This document shows, piece after piece, positions 48,239 through 60,719 of a DNA stretch of 64,000 nucleotides (within the stretch, counting starts at the first letter, position 1; each line of letters starts with the position of its first letter). The notes under the pieces are model-generated. The model was not told the DNA's origin, searched no databases, and was given only the letters and a program-made list of their open reading frames with translations. The stretch is from Malacoraja senta (lineage: Eukaryota), in contig CM076000.1 in NCBI GenBank assembly GCA_038087875.1, positions 186,001-250,000 on the forward strand, read 5' to 3'. A program made the translations under genes and the position numbers.

Positions 48239-50138
48239 GAGCTAAGGCCACGTGCCAACTCTCGGACACCTCCTCCTACTTACACCTGGACCATGACCCC
48301 ACAGACGAGCACCAGGCCACGATCTCTAGCACCATCACTGACTTCATCCACTCCAGCTCCCTGCCCCCCTAAGCCGTCAACCTCATCGTTCCCCAGCCCC
48401 GCACGGCCCGATTTTACCTTCTCTCCAAAATCCACAAACCTGACTGTTCTGGTAGACCCATTGTCTCTGCCTGTTCGTGCCCCACCAAACTTATTTCCAC
48501 ATACCTCGACTCCATCCTATCCCCCCTGGTTAAATCCCTCCCTACCTACGTTCAAGACACCTCAGACACTCTCCGTCGTCTCTGGGCATTCCGTTCTCTA
48601 GTCAGTCACTTTACACCTCCATCCCCCACCAGGAGGGTCTCAAAGCCCTCCGGTTCTTCCTCGACTGGAGAACCAACCAATCCCCATCTACAGATACTCT
48701 CCTCCGCCTAGCGGAGCTGGTCCTTACCCTTAATAACTTTTCGTTTGACTCCTCCCATTTCCTCCAAATACAAGGCGTAGCTATGGGCACGCGCATAGGC
48801 CCCAGCTATGCCTGCCTCTTTGTAGCGTACGTCGAACAATCCTTGTTCAAGACGTACCAGGGCCCCATCCCCGACCTCTACCTCCGCTACAACGATGATT
48901 GCATTGGTGCTACTTCTTGCACCCACACACAACTGACTGACTTCATCCGCTTCACCACTAACTTCCATCCAGCACTCAAATACACCTGGACCATTTCCGA
49001 CACTTCCCTACCATTTCTTGACCTCACTATCTCCATCGCAGGTGATAGACTTCTGACCGACATCCACTATAAACCCACTGACTCCCATGGCTATCTAGAC
49101 TACACTTCTTCCCACCCTGCTTCCTGTAAGGACTCCATCCCCTACTCCCAATTCCTCCATCTACGCTGCATCTGCTCCCAGGATGAGGTGTTCCACACCA
49201 GGGCATCGGAAATGTCCTTCAGGGAACGTGGGGTCCCCTCCCCTACTATAGATGAGGCTATCACCAGGGTCTCTTCAATACCCTGTAACACTGCTCTATC
49301 TCCCCATCCCCCCCACTCGTAACAAGGGCAGAGTCCCCCTAGTCCTCACCTTTCACCCCACTAGCCGTCACATACAACAAATAGTCCTCCGTCATTTTCG
49401 CCGCCTCCAACATGACCCCACCACTCGCCACATCTTCCCATCTCCCCCCCTGTCTGCTTTCTGCAAAGACCGCTCCCTCCGTAACTCCCTGGTCAATTCT
49501 TCCCTTCCCTCCCGCACCACCCCCTCCCCGGGCACTTTCCCTTGCAACCGCAAGAGATGCTACACTTGTCGCTTTACCTCCCCCCTCGACTACATTCAAG
49601 GACCCATCAGTCGTTCCAGGTGCGACAGAGGTTCACCTGCATCTCCTCCAACCTCATCCATTGCACCTGCGGCTCTAGATGTCAGCTGATCTACATCGGT
49701 GAGACCAAGCGGAGGCTTGGCGATCGTTTCGCCAAACACCTCCGCTCGGTCCGCATTAACCAACCTGATCTCCCGGTGGCTCAGCACTTCAACTCCCCCT
49801 CCCATTCTGAATCTGACATTTCTGTCCTGGGCCTTCTCCATGGCCAGAGTGAGCAACACCGGAAATTGGAGGAGCAGCACCTCATATTCCGCTTGGGCAG
49901 TTTGCACCCTAGCGGCATAAACATTGAATTCTCCAATTTCCGGTAGCCCTTGCTGTCTCCTCCCCTTCTCAGCTCTCCCTCAGCCCTCTGGCTTCTCCTC
50001 TTCCTTTCTCCTTTCTTCTCCCCACCCCCCCCCCCCCCCCCACATCTGAAGAAGGGTTTCAGCCCGAAACGTTGCCTATTTCCTTCGCTCCATAGATGTT
50101 GCTGCACCCGCTGAGTTTCTCCAGCACTTTTGTCTACC
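48239..50138 (+). mobile_element. Penelope-like element, 5'-truncated: RT + Cys-rich linker + GIY-YIG + hammerhead 3' repeat, nested in CR1
   Basis: FYLLSKIHKP, GVAMGTRIGPSYA, YLRYNDD, LPFLDL, YKPTD, CNRKRCYTC, LIYIGETKR; TTGGA TSD at 48234-48238 and 50139-50143; host CR1 continues at 50144. Confidence 0.92.
50046..50073 (+). ncRNA. Minimal hammerhead-like core at the PLE 3' end
   Basis: CTGAAGA-A-GGGT ttc AGCCC-GAAAC-GTT; palindromic AACGTT in the stem III position. Confidence 0.55.
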
Positions 50139-51519
50139 TTGGATAAACTTGGATTGTTTTCTCTGGAACATCGGAGGTTGAGGGGATGCTTGATAGAAGT
50201 ATATAAAATTATGAGAGGCACAGATAGGGTAGAGGGTCAGACCAATTTTCCCAGGGTGGAAATATCCAACACTAGTGGGCACAGCTATAAGGTGAGAGGG
50301 GGATAGTTGAATGGAGATGTACGGAGCAAGTTTTTTACACAGGGAGTGGTGTGGGCCTGGACCGCATTGCCAGGGGTGGTGGTGGAGGCAGATATGATCA
50401 CGATGTTTAAGAGGTTTTTAGATAGGCACATGGAAATGCAAGGGAATATGGATCATGTACAGGCAGAGAGCATTTTAACTTGGCATCATGTTCGGCACAA
50501 ACATTGTGAGCCAAATATTATTTGAAATTTTGTTTTTGTTTTATCTTTCATTTCATTTTCAATCACATTTGGATGTTTCTGAATTACCAGACATTCAGAT
50601 ATATTGAAAAGCACTAGACAGCAGGGTTGAAATGGTAAGAGGCTAACACAGGAAGTTCTTGGGGCAGGCCTTTCTCACAACCCCACTGTGCTCCTCGATG
50701 CACTTCTGCGCAGGGTTTCAAGTCTTGCTTCATGGTAGACTCAGCCAGCAGTCAAGTGGTTTGCTGGATGGGACCAAAGTGGCAATCTGCACCTGGAGTC
50801 AGAGAAGGAGATGAATGAGGTCTTAAGTGAATCAAACCTTGGCGCCACAGTAGCACTTTTGATTCCTGATCAGCAAACTGCATGTTCGACAAATGTGAGA
50901 GGGATAAAGTTTAAAGGAGATGTGCTGTGTAAATTCTTTTACACAGAGTGGTGTGTGTCTGTAATGTGCTGCCAGGGGTGGTTTTAGAAGCCGATACAAT
51001 AGTGGTGTTTAAGAGGTTCTTGGGTAGGCACATGTAAATGCAGGGGATAGAGGGATATGGATCAAATGCAGACAGAGGAGATTAATTTAACATAATGGCA
51101 CATATGTAGTGGGCCTAAGGGCCCATTCCTGTGCTGTACTGTTCTATGTGCATTTAGTGGATTGACTTAATGGATTGAATTTTTGTACGATGGTGAAATT
51201 ATCAATACAGACATTTCCCACCCTTGGCATCCTTTGATGAATTTAAGTAAATTTGTCAAAGGATGCTAAGGGCGAAAAAAATCTTCTTCAGGGATAATCT
51301 GGATCCTTTTTTTTCAAATCCTATGCAGGTTTTTATGTCATCTTAAAGTAGTGAACATTTCATTGATTAGAAATTAGCGACAGCCCAGAAGAGGGAGAGT
51401 ATCGGTTAACAGTGGGCAGCCTTGCTCCAGGGAAGAGCAAACATCTGGCATCGGAGAAGTGGGTGAAAGTGAGTGGGAGGGATGGAGGGTGTTGCAAGAT
51501 GACAGTGGAATCCAGATGG

Positions 51520-52008
51520 AAAGGATATTGAGTATAGAAGTTGGGATGTCATGTTAGAGACACACAGTGAGGCCACATTTAGAGTATTGTGTTCAGCTTT
51601 GATCACCATGTCATAGGAAATATGTTATCAACCTGGAAAGGGTGCCGAGAAGATTTGCAAGGATGTTGCCAGGACACGAGGGCCTGATCTATAGGAAGGT
51701 TGAGTAGGCAAGGACTTTATTCCTTGGAGCATAGGAGAATGAGGGAGCGATCTTATAGAGGTGTACAAGATCATGAGAGGAATAGTTCGAGTAAATGCAC
51801 AGAGTAGGGGAATTGAGAACTAGACAACATTGTTTAAGGTGGGAGGCGAAAGATTCAATAGGAACCTGAGGGGTAACTTTTTTACACAAAGCGTGGTAGG
51901 TGTATGGAATGAGCTTCCGGAGGAAGTAGTTGAGCCAGGTACTATCTCAACATTTAAGCAATGTTTAGACAGGTTCATGGAAAGGACAGGTTCAGAGGGA
52001 TATGGGAT
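51520..52008 (+). mobile_element. Decayed CR1 3' portion
   Basis: RFNRNLRGNFFTQSVVGVWNELPEEVVE. Confidence 0.8.
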
Positions 52009-52784
52009 AATCTCCCGATCCACCTCATTATGGCCCTTACCCTTTCTTTATGCACTTACGCTGCAGCAGCAACACCATATTCTGCACTCTGTTTCCATTC
52101 TCTTATTGAACAACCTGTTCTACTTGGGTATGATATATTTGCACTCACGTGTGGTCTAATTTGCCTGGAAAGCACAAAAAACAACGCTTTTCACTTTATC
52201 TCAGTACACATGACAATAACAAGCCAGTATCCACACTTTTAATCATGTTAAATTAAAGACAATTCCATATTCTTGCACATTCTGGTGTAAATAATATTCT
52301 AGTGAGCTCTTAATCTGTAAATGAAGATCTTGTATTATTATCTCCATGGCAAAACTGTGTCTCATTTGTGCATGCGATGATCTTAAAGATTTATATCAGG
52401 TTTCCTTTTAGCATGCTTTTAATTCCAGGAAAAGGAGCCTCAATTTGCTCAAGCAACCTCGATTTTATAAACCACCTTGTATAGGATTTCTTCTCATTCT
52501 GTTTTAAATGTCCCTGGCAATCTAGAAATATGCACTGTGCTCCCAAGTGTGATCTGATCTTCGTTCTCAATTCTAACTGCCTACCTTGTATTATTTTCTA
52601 TTTCTCCAAAGTTAACCCCTGTCATTTTCTTTCACTATGGTCCTGTCAATATGTATAGCTGCGCCTGGCAGTTTTTGCATCATTTTTTCATATATCTAAG
52701 CTAATGACAATTGCTGGAAAGTCATTTGGATATCATAAACCTAATCAGCGAAGGACATGACATGATGCAAGAAATTCCAGTACA

Positions 52785-53025
52785 TGGTGCATTTCATACA
52801 TTCGGAGCACCCAGAAAGCACTTAACCGCCAGTGAATTACTTTTGAAGTGTAGCGTTACAGTTAAGTAAGCAAATTTGATAGCAAATTTGCACACTCAGT
52901 AAATGAGACGAATGATCAATTAACCTGTTTTGATGTGTTAGCTGAAGAATAAATATTTGCCTGGAGAACTCTTTTGCTCTTTAGTCATGGTATTTTTTTT
53001 TAATGTACCCGAGTAGGCAGACCAA
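52785..53025 (-). mobile_element. Ancient Deu-domain SINE remnant
   Basis: aagcactt..cagtgaattacttttgaagtgtag...gaataaatatttgcctggagaactc; reverse-oriented counterpart of 15565-15842. Confidence 0.5.
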
Positions 53026-55313
53026 GAAAAGAGACAGTTAGATGAATTTTATTCCCATTACAATCATGGCAGTCACCTCAATTGTGGTTTTAGAGTTCAC
53101 GATAGAGCAGGAAAAAGGCCCTCTATACTTTCCTTAATGCTATCGGGTATCTTTAGATATCTTTCTCTTAACACAGTACACACATAAACATATGAACTTG
53201 CAAATAGGAGTAGACAAGATTTTTACATAGACAGTGGTGGATTCCCGGAACACATTGCTACGGGCGGTGGTGGAGGCAGATACGACAGTGCCATTTCAGT
53301 GTCTTTTGTACAGGCACATGGATGTGCAGGGAAAGGAGGCATGTGTATTACGTGCAGGCAGAGGAGATTAGTTTAACTTGGCATCATATTCAGCGCAGAC
53401 ATTCTGGGTCAAAGGATCTGTTCCTGTGCTGTACAGTATCATGTTCTAGGTCACGTGGTCACTCAAGCCTGGCCTGCCATTCAGTAAGATAATGGCTAAT
53501 GTGATTGTAACCTCAACTCCACGTTCCTACCACGGAAACCTATCCCCTACCCCATGCTTGCTTATCAAGAATATTTCCACCATTGACTTAAAAGTCTTTA
53601 ATGACTCTGCTTCAACCTCCCTTTGATTCTGAAAGAAAAAAATCTTACCTCGGTTTAGAAAAGAGCAAGCTAGGATTTTTAAAAAGAGAACCTAGTTCTA
53701 GATGTTCTACAAGAGGAAACATCTTCTCCACATTCAATTTGTCAAGAACCTTCAGAATCTTATACGGTTCCATAACTCTCACTCCATTAATCTTTGGTGG
53801 ATACCTGACCAGTCTTCATAAGACAACCTGCCATTTCCAGGTATTAGTCAAGCTGAATTAGATTAAGGCTTCAGAGCGGAGTGTATTATGGAGATAAGCT
53901 TTGATAATATGCTTTTACTTTTAATATTAATACTGATTAGTATGAGATTTAAATTCCCATTACATGAACAGCTTTGAGTGCCACTCAAAGAAATATCCAC
54001 TGCCTATTTGCTTTACTGTTGGAACAGTTACACTGGTGAAAATGTTGTAAATTTGAAATTATTTTTTGCCGTTACCTTCCTGCTGGTCAATGTATTTCCA
54101 TGCCTGCACATTACGTTGCATAAGTACTCAATGTGCTGGAGGTCAAACTTGTATTTTGACATTGGATCACCACTGCGTCCACACATATTTCCAGCTTGTC
54201 CTTGCCTGAGGCAACAGATAGTCTTCATATCTGGGCCTGTATGTTAACACCAGCCAAGGTTGGAGACTGTAGTGTGGTATCTTCCATTTGAATGGGATCA
54301 CCAACTTCATTAAGGAGGTAAGAGAAGATTATGCATTTGTTTTTCTTCATTTCCCTTTATTATTGATGAAATGTACATCAACTGTACCCAAGAGCTTCTC
54401 CATCCCTATAGCAGAGATATTTAAAACTAGTGGACACAGGTTTAAGATAATGCAAGGGAGGTTTGTTGAAGTCAATGACTCGTTAATCGTCTCGATCACC
54501 CAAAATGAAAGGCAGGTGTTCGGAGGGTGGTTGGAATCTTGAACTCTCTGAGTGAGTGGTTGAATCAGAGACTCGTCTAGAGAGCACTTGAATTGCAAGG
54601 CACAGAGAGCTATGGAGCAAGCACTGGTTAGTGAGATTAGCAGGGATGGGTATTTGATGGTCAGCATGGACATCTTATTTTAGAGATAATGCGTGGAAAC
54701 AGGCCATGCCTACCATTGATCACCCGTTCAAACCAGTTCAATGTTATCCCACTTTATCATCCACTCCCTACGTACTCGGGACAGCATCCAAAGTCAGGAT
54801 CAAACCCAGGTCTCTGGCACTGTGAGACAGCAGCTCTATCGGCTGAAACCCTGTGCCACACAAATAGTGGGCCAAAGCGTCTGTTTTAGTGTTGTAAAGA
54901 TTCTAATAAAATAAGATTGAAGCTCAGTACTTGCTTCATAAGTAATCTGCAAGGATATTGGAACCTTTGCCGCCATGCATTTTCGACCATTGACTTTTAA
55001 CTAAAGTTTTAAAGTTTCTTGGAAGGTTATGACATTTTATCAATCCTATGCCTTGTTTCCTCAGTTGGTCAGTGTCTTACAATAGCAGTGGCGTGTGTTA
55101 TTTATGATTGCTTTTGATTTTAAGTTTATTTCCCATCTTTTCCATTTCAGCCACCTTTATATTTTAATATTTGTATATTGTTCAGTCACTGAATGCAATA
55201 TTTATGCTGAGGTGGAGAACATAATTCCGAGACGGGAACGAAAGCATTATTGCAGTGATGATCTGAAGGAAGTATTGAACTGAATGTTGTTTGTCTCTGA
55301 TTGTATTGTCCAG

Positions 55314-55912
55314 GAGTGCCAGCTTTTCACAGTCTATGCCCTTGCCAGGGTCCATAAAGAGGAATGGAGAGACATCTGTACAAAAATCGTCACGGGGTTA
55401 CTCGCACTGTGTCAACGGGATCAATGGACAAATTCACGGCTTTCATAGTTTACCAAAACCAGCAAAACAACATATGAATCAAAGAGACACCATGGCTTAT
55501 GACTTGCCCAGGAGTCTGGGGTCTGATGAGGTGGTCAGATATGGCTCATCCGGGTTAGACAATGATGATGAAGCAGTGTACACCTTCAATACTCCCAACA
55601 GCACCCTTTGCAGGCGGCTCAGTGAAGTTTCCACCGACTCTTACGATGTTCCATCCACACCTTTGTCCATCTACCATATTCCAAGGACATTCACCTTTGA
55701 CAAAAATCACAACACACTATCCACAGGCTCTGGTGACTCGGCCTCTGCACCTCCCCCACGGCCACCTAAGCCTGCACAAGTCGATTGGAAGCCAGAAAGA
55801 AATAGCCCCAAGCAGCATTCTCGAAATGCCAAAAGCAAACAAACAATGTCAGCAGCAACAATCCCCAGAAGAAACACTGTTCCTGCAGTGGATAGCAACA
55901 GACTTCACAGAG
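55314..55912 (+). CDS. GAB2: GAB2 internal coding exon (equivalent to human exon 4)
   Basis: Acceptor ttgtccAG|g completes R of RSASFSQ; donor agaG|GTaaag. Encodes HCVNGINGQIHGFHSLPKP, YDLPRSL, YHIPRTFTFDKNHN, the Grb2-SH3 motif APPPRPPKP and AATIPRRNTVPAVDSNRLHR, all GAB2 hallmarks. Confidence 0.96.
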
Positions 55913-57598
55913 GTAAAGTATTTTGAAATAATATGCACTCCAAATTCCGACTTCTGACTTCAGGTGTATCACCTCCCTACACTCGGGTCTGGATCAAAAT
56001 TCCATCTCTCTGAACATTATTCTTGATTACATTAGCTGGATCAACCCTAATCATTCCGCTTTCACTTGTCTTTTAACAAAACAAAAAGCTGCAAATCTCA
56101 GATCCTAGAAAGTTAATTTAGAAATAAGATATTCCTGGAGCCACTGCACAGTTGAAGATAGATAAAGGGAATAGCTGCAGTGTTTTTTCACAGGATAGGC
56201 CAATCTAAAGCTAGAGGCCATAGGTTTATTATGGTGAGGAGAAAGATTTAAGAGACCTGTGGAGCAACGTTTACCACACAGAGGATGGTGTGAATATACA
56301 ATGAAACAGTTACAGGAATTGGTTACAATTACAACATTTAAAAGACTCTTGTACAGGAACATATACAAAAGAAATGTATGGAAGGATATGGGCCGGGTGT
56401 AGGCAAGTGGGACTAGCTCAGTTAGGCAACTTAGTTGGCATTGTCAAGGTGGGCTGAAGGGCCTGTTTACATGCAGCATAGTTCTATGACTTTTTATTTC
56501 TATGGAGTGAGTACAAGAGTCAACAATGTGGAAACAAATCAAGTGTTTCCAACCATTTCTGTCTTCGATTTGAAAACAGATAATGGAAATGACGCTGACA
56601 GTATTACAATACAAAGCTAAAAAATCCACATCAGGTCGATGCTGATGTAGTAATGACGGCAAATTATCCCACTCTAACAAACCATCTTCTTCTTCTTCTT
56701 AAGCCCTTTGCTCCCTCTAGGGAGCATAGGTCATTGACAAATGTCCTCCACCTCGGTTGTTGGCAGTACTTTCGAGATCTCCCCAGTTGAGCCCACTCTC
56801 AGACATTTCTGTCTGGACACCTCTTCTCCAGCTGATCCTGGGGTTCTAACAAACTATGCGTTTCAGTAATGAAGAGCACTCAAGCTCATTATGTGCAGAC
56901 ACATAAAATGAGAAAAGGTAGGTATAAAATTGAATCACTGAGTTTGGGAAATCACCAAGCAAAAGTATTGTAAGAAATGAACACGAGTTATCTGACCCGC
57001 CGAGTTACTCCAGCTTTTTGTGTCTATCGTGAGTTATCTCTGCCTGGCTATTCACGCCAGTCTTGATGGTTAGGTGAGGATTACACACATGGCAGCCTCT
57101 AAAGAGGTCAAAGTGATGCCCTCCTGGTCCCAGATGTGTAGTCAGAAAAAATTATGAGGAAGGACATTCATGAAATTTAAAAAAAGCAATGCACAAACAC
57201 AGAGAGAGAAAGAGAGAGGCAACAAGAGGTTTATCAGAATGTTGCCTGGATTAGAGGGTATTGACTACAGTGAGAGATTGGACAGACTTGGATTGATTTC
57301 TCTGGAACGCCAGGAGACCTGATAGGATTTTGTAAAATTATGTGATCCATAGATAGGGTAAACAGTCTGAACTTTTTTCTGAGGATGGAAAAATCAAATG
57401 CTAGAGGGCATAGCTTTAAGGTGAGGGGGGGGGGGGCAAAGTTTAAAGGGGCTATGAGCCGCAACTTGTTTACACATAGGGTGGCGAGTGCTTGGAATGC
57501 TCTGCTGGTGGTGATGGTTGGTGGTGGTGCCACTGCAGAGATTATGCTGGGAAGTGGGGGGGAGAGGAAAATCACTAGAAAGACGGTAAGAACAGGTT

Positions 57599-58050
57599 AT
57601 TTATGCTTGTTACTGGGTGGGCAAGAATAAAGCTGTCACCATATTCTAAATCATAAACTTAAATATGAAACAGGATTTCTCAGTCATGATTTTGTAAATT
57701 TGAAGGCAATTAGCAACACAACTTTTGTTTTTTTGCATATCAGTCTTTTAAATTAGTTTGCTAGTAGTGAATTAAAATCAGTACGTTCATACTTAAAGCA
57801 GGAAGGACAAAATTATATTTGAAGGAAAGCTCCTTAAAATTCCTGCTTTAAATATGAATGCACTGATTTTAATTCACTACTAGCAAACTAATTCAAAAGA
57901 CTGAAATGCAAAAAAACAAAAATTGTGTTGATAATTAATAACCTTCAAATTTACAAAATTATGACTGTCAGAAATCCTGTTTCGCATTTAAGTTTATGAT
58001 TTAGAATATGGTGATTGTTTTATTCGTGCCCACCAATAACAAGCATAAAT
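57599..58050. repeat. Long inverted repeat / fold-back palindrome (~205 bp arms)
   Basis: 57599-57804 is the reverse complement of 57840-58050 with scattered mismatches; the central spacer also self-pairs. Confidence 0.95.
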
Positions 58051-58273
58051 GATTTAGGCAGGCACTACAAAGGATTTTGATTGCACGTGAATTTCCAATG
58101 TTGCACTGCTGCAAGTGAAGGGCCTTCGGAAAACATAAGGTCAGAAGACTCGCCATGAAATGTATTATTTATGAAACAGACACCATTTCAGCTGAGTACT
58201 AATATAGTCCCATTTCAATGATGATATGTAGACGTATTAAAAGCAATTTTAACTAATGTTTCCGCATTATCAG

Positions 58274-58368
58274 CTTCTTCGTGTGAAACGTATGATTATC
58301 CCCGTCTCACCGCAAAAACTGAAGGCCGCTCCATGGAGTCCGTTAATGATGGATTCAGTTCTTACTTG
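58274..58368 (+). CDS. GAB2: GAB2 internal coding exon, 95 bp (equivalent to human exon 5; absent from the ORF track)
   Basis: Acceptor ttatcAG|ct, donor ttG|GTagga. Phase 1 matches the previous exon. Translation (A)SSCETYDYPRLTAKTEGRSMESVNDGFSSYL matches GAB2 ASSCETYEYP...GRSAESMSDGVGSFL. Confidence 0.95.
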
Positions 58369-58773
58369 GTAGGAATGCACAATTATATTTTTACAGCCCA
58401 GTATGCTCATTGCTGTCCTGAACCTCTGACTCTTTAGTGAATATTATCATGTATTCTGTATTCTGATGTGTCGCTTGTCTTGCAAACCAGATTTTTGTGG
58501 TTGAATTATCATCAGCCTCCATCGTTGCTCAGTGAAACCTGCAGCAACTTCTCGGATCTGCATTTGCACAGTCAAAGGAAAATGATCAAGCCTTGTTGGA
58601 GTCAGATGCAAAAGAGTTATACGAGTGTAATAAGTCACAATTATTGCCCTATCTGCCCTTAATTAATTTTACATTTATGGAATGTAGAATTCTCTGCTTT
58701 CTAACATTGGCATTTCATGAACAGCACTGAGAGAGGTGCCTTTTTTTCAGCTGAACATTAAACCAAAGCCTTA

Positions 58774-60719
58774 TAACCATAACCATATAACCATTACAGC
58801 ACGGAAACAGGCCATCTCAGCCATTCAAGTCCGTGCCGAACTTTTTAAAAAAAATCATTATTTATTTATTTATTTTTAAATTTTTAATTTGTATTACTTC
58901 CCCCTAGTCCCATCTACCTGCACTCAGACCATAACCCTCCATTCCTTTCCCGTCCATATACCCATCCAATCTATTTTTAAAGGATAAAATCGAACCTGCC
59001 TCCACCACTTCCACTGGAAGCTCATTCCACACAGCTACCACTCTGAGTAAAGAAGTTCCCCCTAATGTTCCCCCTAAACTTCTGTCCCTTAATTCTCAAG
59101 TCATGTCCCCTTGTTTGAATCTTCCCTACTCTCAATGGGAAAAGCTTATCCACGTCAATTCTGTCTAACCCGCTCATAATTTTAAAGACCTCTATCAAGT
59201 CCCCTCTTAACCTTCTGCGCTCCAAAGAATAAAGACCTAACTTGTTCAACCTTTCTCTGTAACTTAGTTGCTGAAACCCAGGCAACATTCTAGTAAATCT
59301 CCTCTGTACTCTCTCTATTTTGTTGACATCCTTCCTATAATTAAGCGACCAAAATTGTACTCCATATGCCTTGTACAATTTTAACATTACATCCCAACTT
59401 CTATATTCAATGCTCTGATTTATAAAGGCCAGCACACCAAAAGCTTTCTTTACCACCCTATCTACATGAGATTCCACCTTCAGGGAACTATGCACAGTTA
59501 TTCCTAGATCCCTCTGTTCAACTGCATTCCTCAATTCGCTACCATTTACCATGTACGTCCTATTTTGAGTTGTCCTGCCGAGATGTAGCACCTCACATTT
59601 ATCAGCATTAAACTCCATCTGCCATCTTTCAGCCCACTCTTCCAAATGGCCTAAATCTCTCTGTAGACTTTGAAAATCTACTTCATTATCCACAACGCCA
59701 CCTATCTTAGTATCATCTGCATACTTACTAATCCAATTTTCCACACCATCATCCAGATCATTGATGTACATGACAAACAACAGTGGACCCAACACAGACC
59801 CCTGAGGCACCCCACTAGTCATAGGCCTCCAACCTGACAAACAGCCATCCACCATTACTCTCTGGCATCTCCCATTCAGCCACTGTTGAATCCATCTTGC
59901 TACTCCACCATTAATACCCAACAATTGAATCTTCTTAACCAACCTTCCATGAGGAACCTTGTCAAAGGACTTACTGAAGTCCATATAGACAACATCCACT
60001 GCTTTACCCTCATCAATTTCCCTAGTAACCTCTTCGAAAAATTCAAGATTAGTCAAACATGACCTTCCAGGCACAAATCCATGTTGACTGTTCCTAATCA
60101 GACCCTGCTTATCCAGATGCTTATATATATTATCTCTAAGTATCCTTTCCATTAATTTGACCACCACTGACGTCAAACTAACAGGTCTATAATTGCTAGG
60201 TTTACTCTTAGAACCCTTTTTAAACAACGGAACATGCGCAGTATGCCAATCCTCCGGCACTATTCCCGTTTCTAATGACATTTGAAATATTTCTGTCATA
60301 GCCCCTGCTATTTCTACACTAACTTCCCTCAATGTCCTAGGGAATATCCTGTCAGGACCTGGAGACTTATCCGTTTTCATATTTTTCAAAAGTGTCCGCA
60401 CCTCCTCTTCTTTGAATCTCATAGTTTCCATTGCTACTTTGCTTGTTTCCCTTACCTCACATAATTCCATATCCTTCTCCTTGGTGAATACCGAAGAAAA
60501 GAAATTGTTCAATATCTCCCCCATCTCTTTTGGCTCTGCAGATAGCTGTCCACTCTGACTCTCTAATGGACCAATTTTATTCCTTGTTATCCTTTTGCTA
60601 TTAATATAGCTGTAGAAACCCTTTGGATTTACTTTCACCTTACTTGCCAAAGCAACCTTATACCTTCTTTTAGCTTTTCTAATTTCTTTAATATTCTTTT
60701 TACATTCTTTATACTCCTC
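58774..60719 (-). mobile_element. Young CR1 LINE, 5'-truncated, 542-aa open RT-containing frame
   Basis: ORF 59022-60650 with [32 protein letters not shown]; (atggtt) tail; 8-bp TSD AAGCCTTA at 58766-58773 and 60720-60727; inserted into a Deu-SINE remnant. Confidence 0.95.

Noticed and set aside
2806..50073. Selection against intact hammerhead cores on the GAB2-sense strand
   Set aside because: The two fully intact GUC cores are antisense, but most antisense copies are also decayed, many changes are CpG transitions, and the sample is too small.
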